This document shows positions 55,053-55,481 of a stretch of 55,481 nt of DNA, piece after piece. The number at the start of each line of letters is the position of its first letter. Within the stretch, counting starts at the first letter, position 1. The DNA lies in contig CASDQF010000036.1 in the NCBI GenBank assembly GCA_949282845.1, positions 1-55,481 of the forward strand, read 5' to 3'. The notes below the pieces were generated by a model. It was not told where the DNA came from and did no database searches. It worked only from the letters and a program-made list of their open reading frames with translations. The translations under genes were made by a program, and so were the position numbers. The stretch is from an uncultured Alphaproteobacteria bacterium (GTDB lineage: Bacteria > Pseudomonadota > Alphaproteobacteria > CAAHEQ01 > UBA3637).

Positions 55053-55481
<429 letters not shown>

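Overview
AT-rich bacterial chromosomal segment using the standard code (TGA is a stop). Gene content and order fit best with an Alphaproteobacterium: alpha-type mraZ and ftsL, an IalB-family gene upstream of rlmN, hpf-ptsN, and a long FtsZ linker. This taxonomic call is inference only. Most of the window is housekeeping: queH, tRNA-Arg(ACG), rpmI-rplT-pheS-pheT, infC, rnhA, ptsN-hpf, hemW, an lpoA-like/rsmI/yraN/BON cluster, leuS, a tolC-macA-macB efflux operon, rsmB, rlmN and atpC/atpD. A nearly complete dcw cluster (mraZ to ftsZ) spans 32.0-48.5 kb. It has two oddities: murE and murF form one 935-aa ORF, and murD is missing between mraY and ftsW. No transposase, integrase, CRISPR array or rRNA was seen. 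The most unusual content is a family of prepilin-type proteins with an atypical G|RSMIE N-terminus. Four copies fall in the window: 1..44 (partial), 14512, 52116 and 52543. One is fused to a roughly 380-aa domain holding about 60 cysteines, and two are tandem paralogs with conserved ends and a divergent centre. No pilus assembly genes are nearby. Next to the tandem pair is a TPR/GT41 (OGT-like) glycosyltransferase broken by a -1 frameshift. Other accessory items: a frameshifted Cys-rich secreted protein, a 705-aa secreted coiled-coil repeat protein, an RNI-type LRR protein, a DsbD-like protein lacking its membrane and thioredoxin cysteines, and a free-standing 61-aa copy of the NrdD glycyl-radical C-terminus. 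Four phased TCCCAT repeats upstream of mraZ look like MraZ boxes. All domain calls come from reading motifs by eye; no searches were run.
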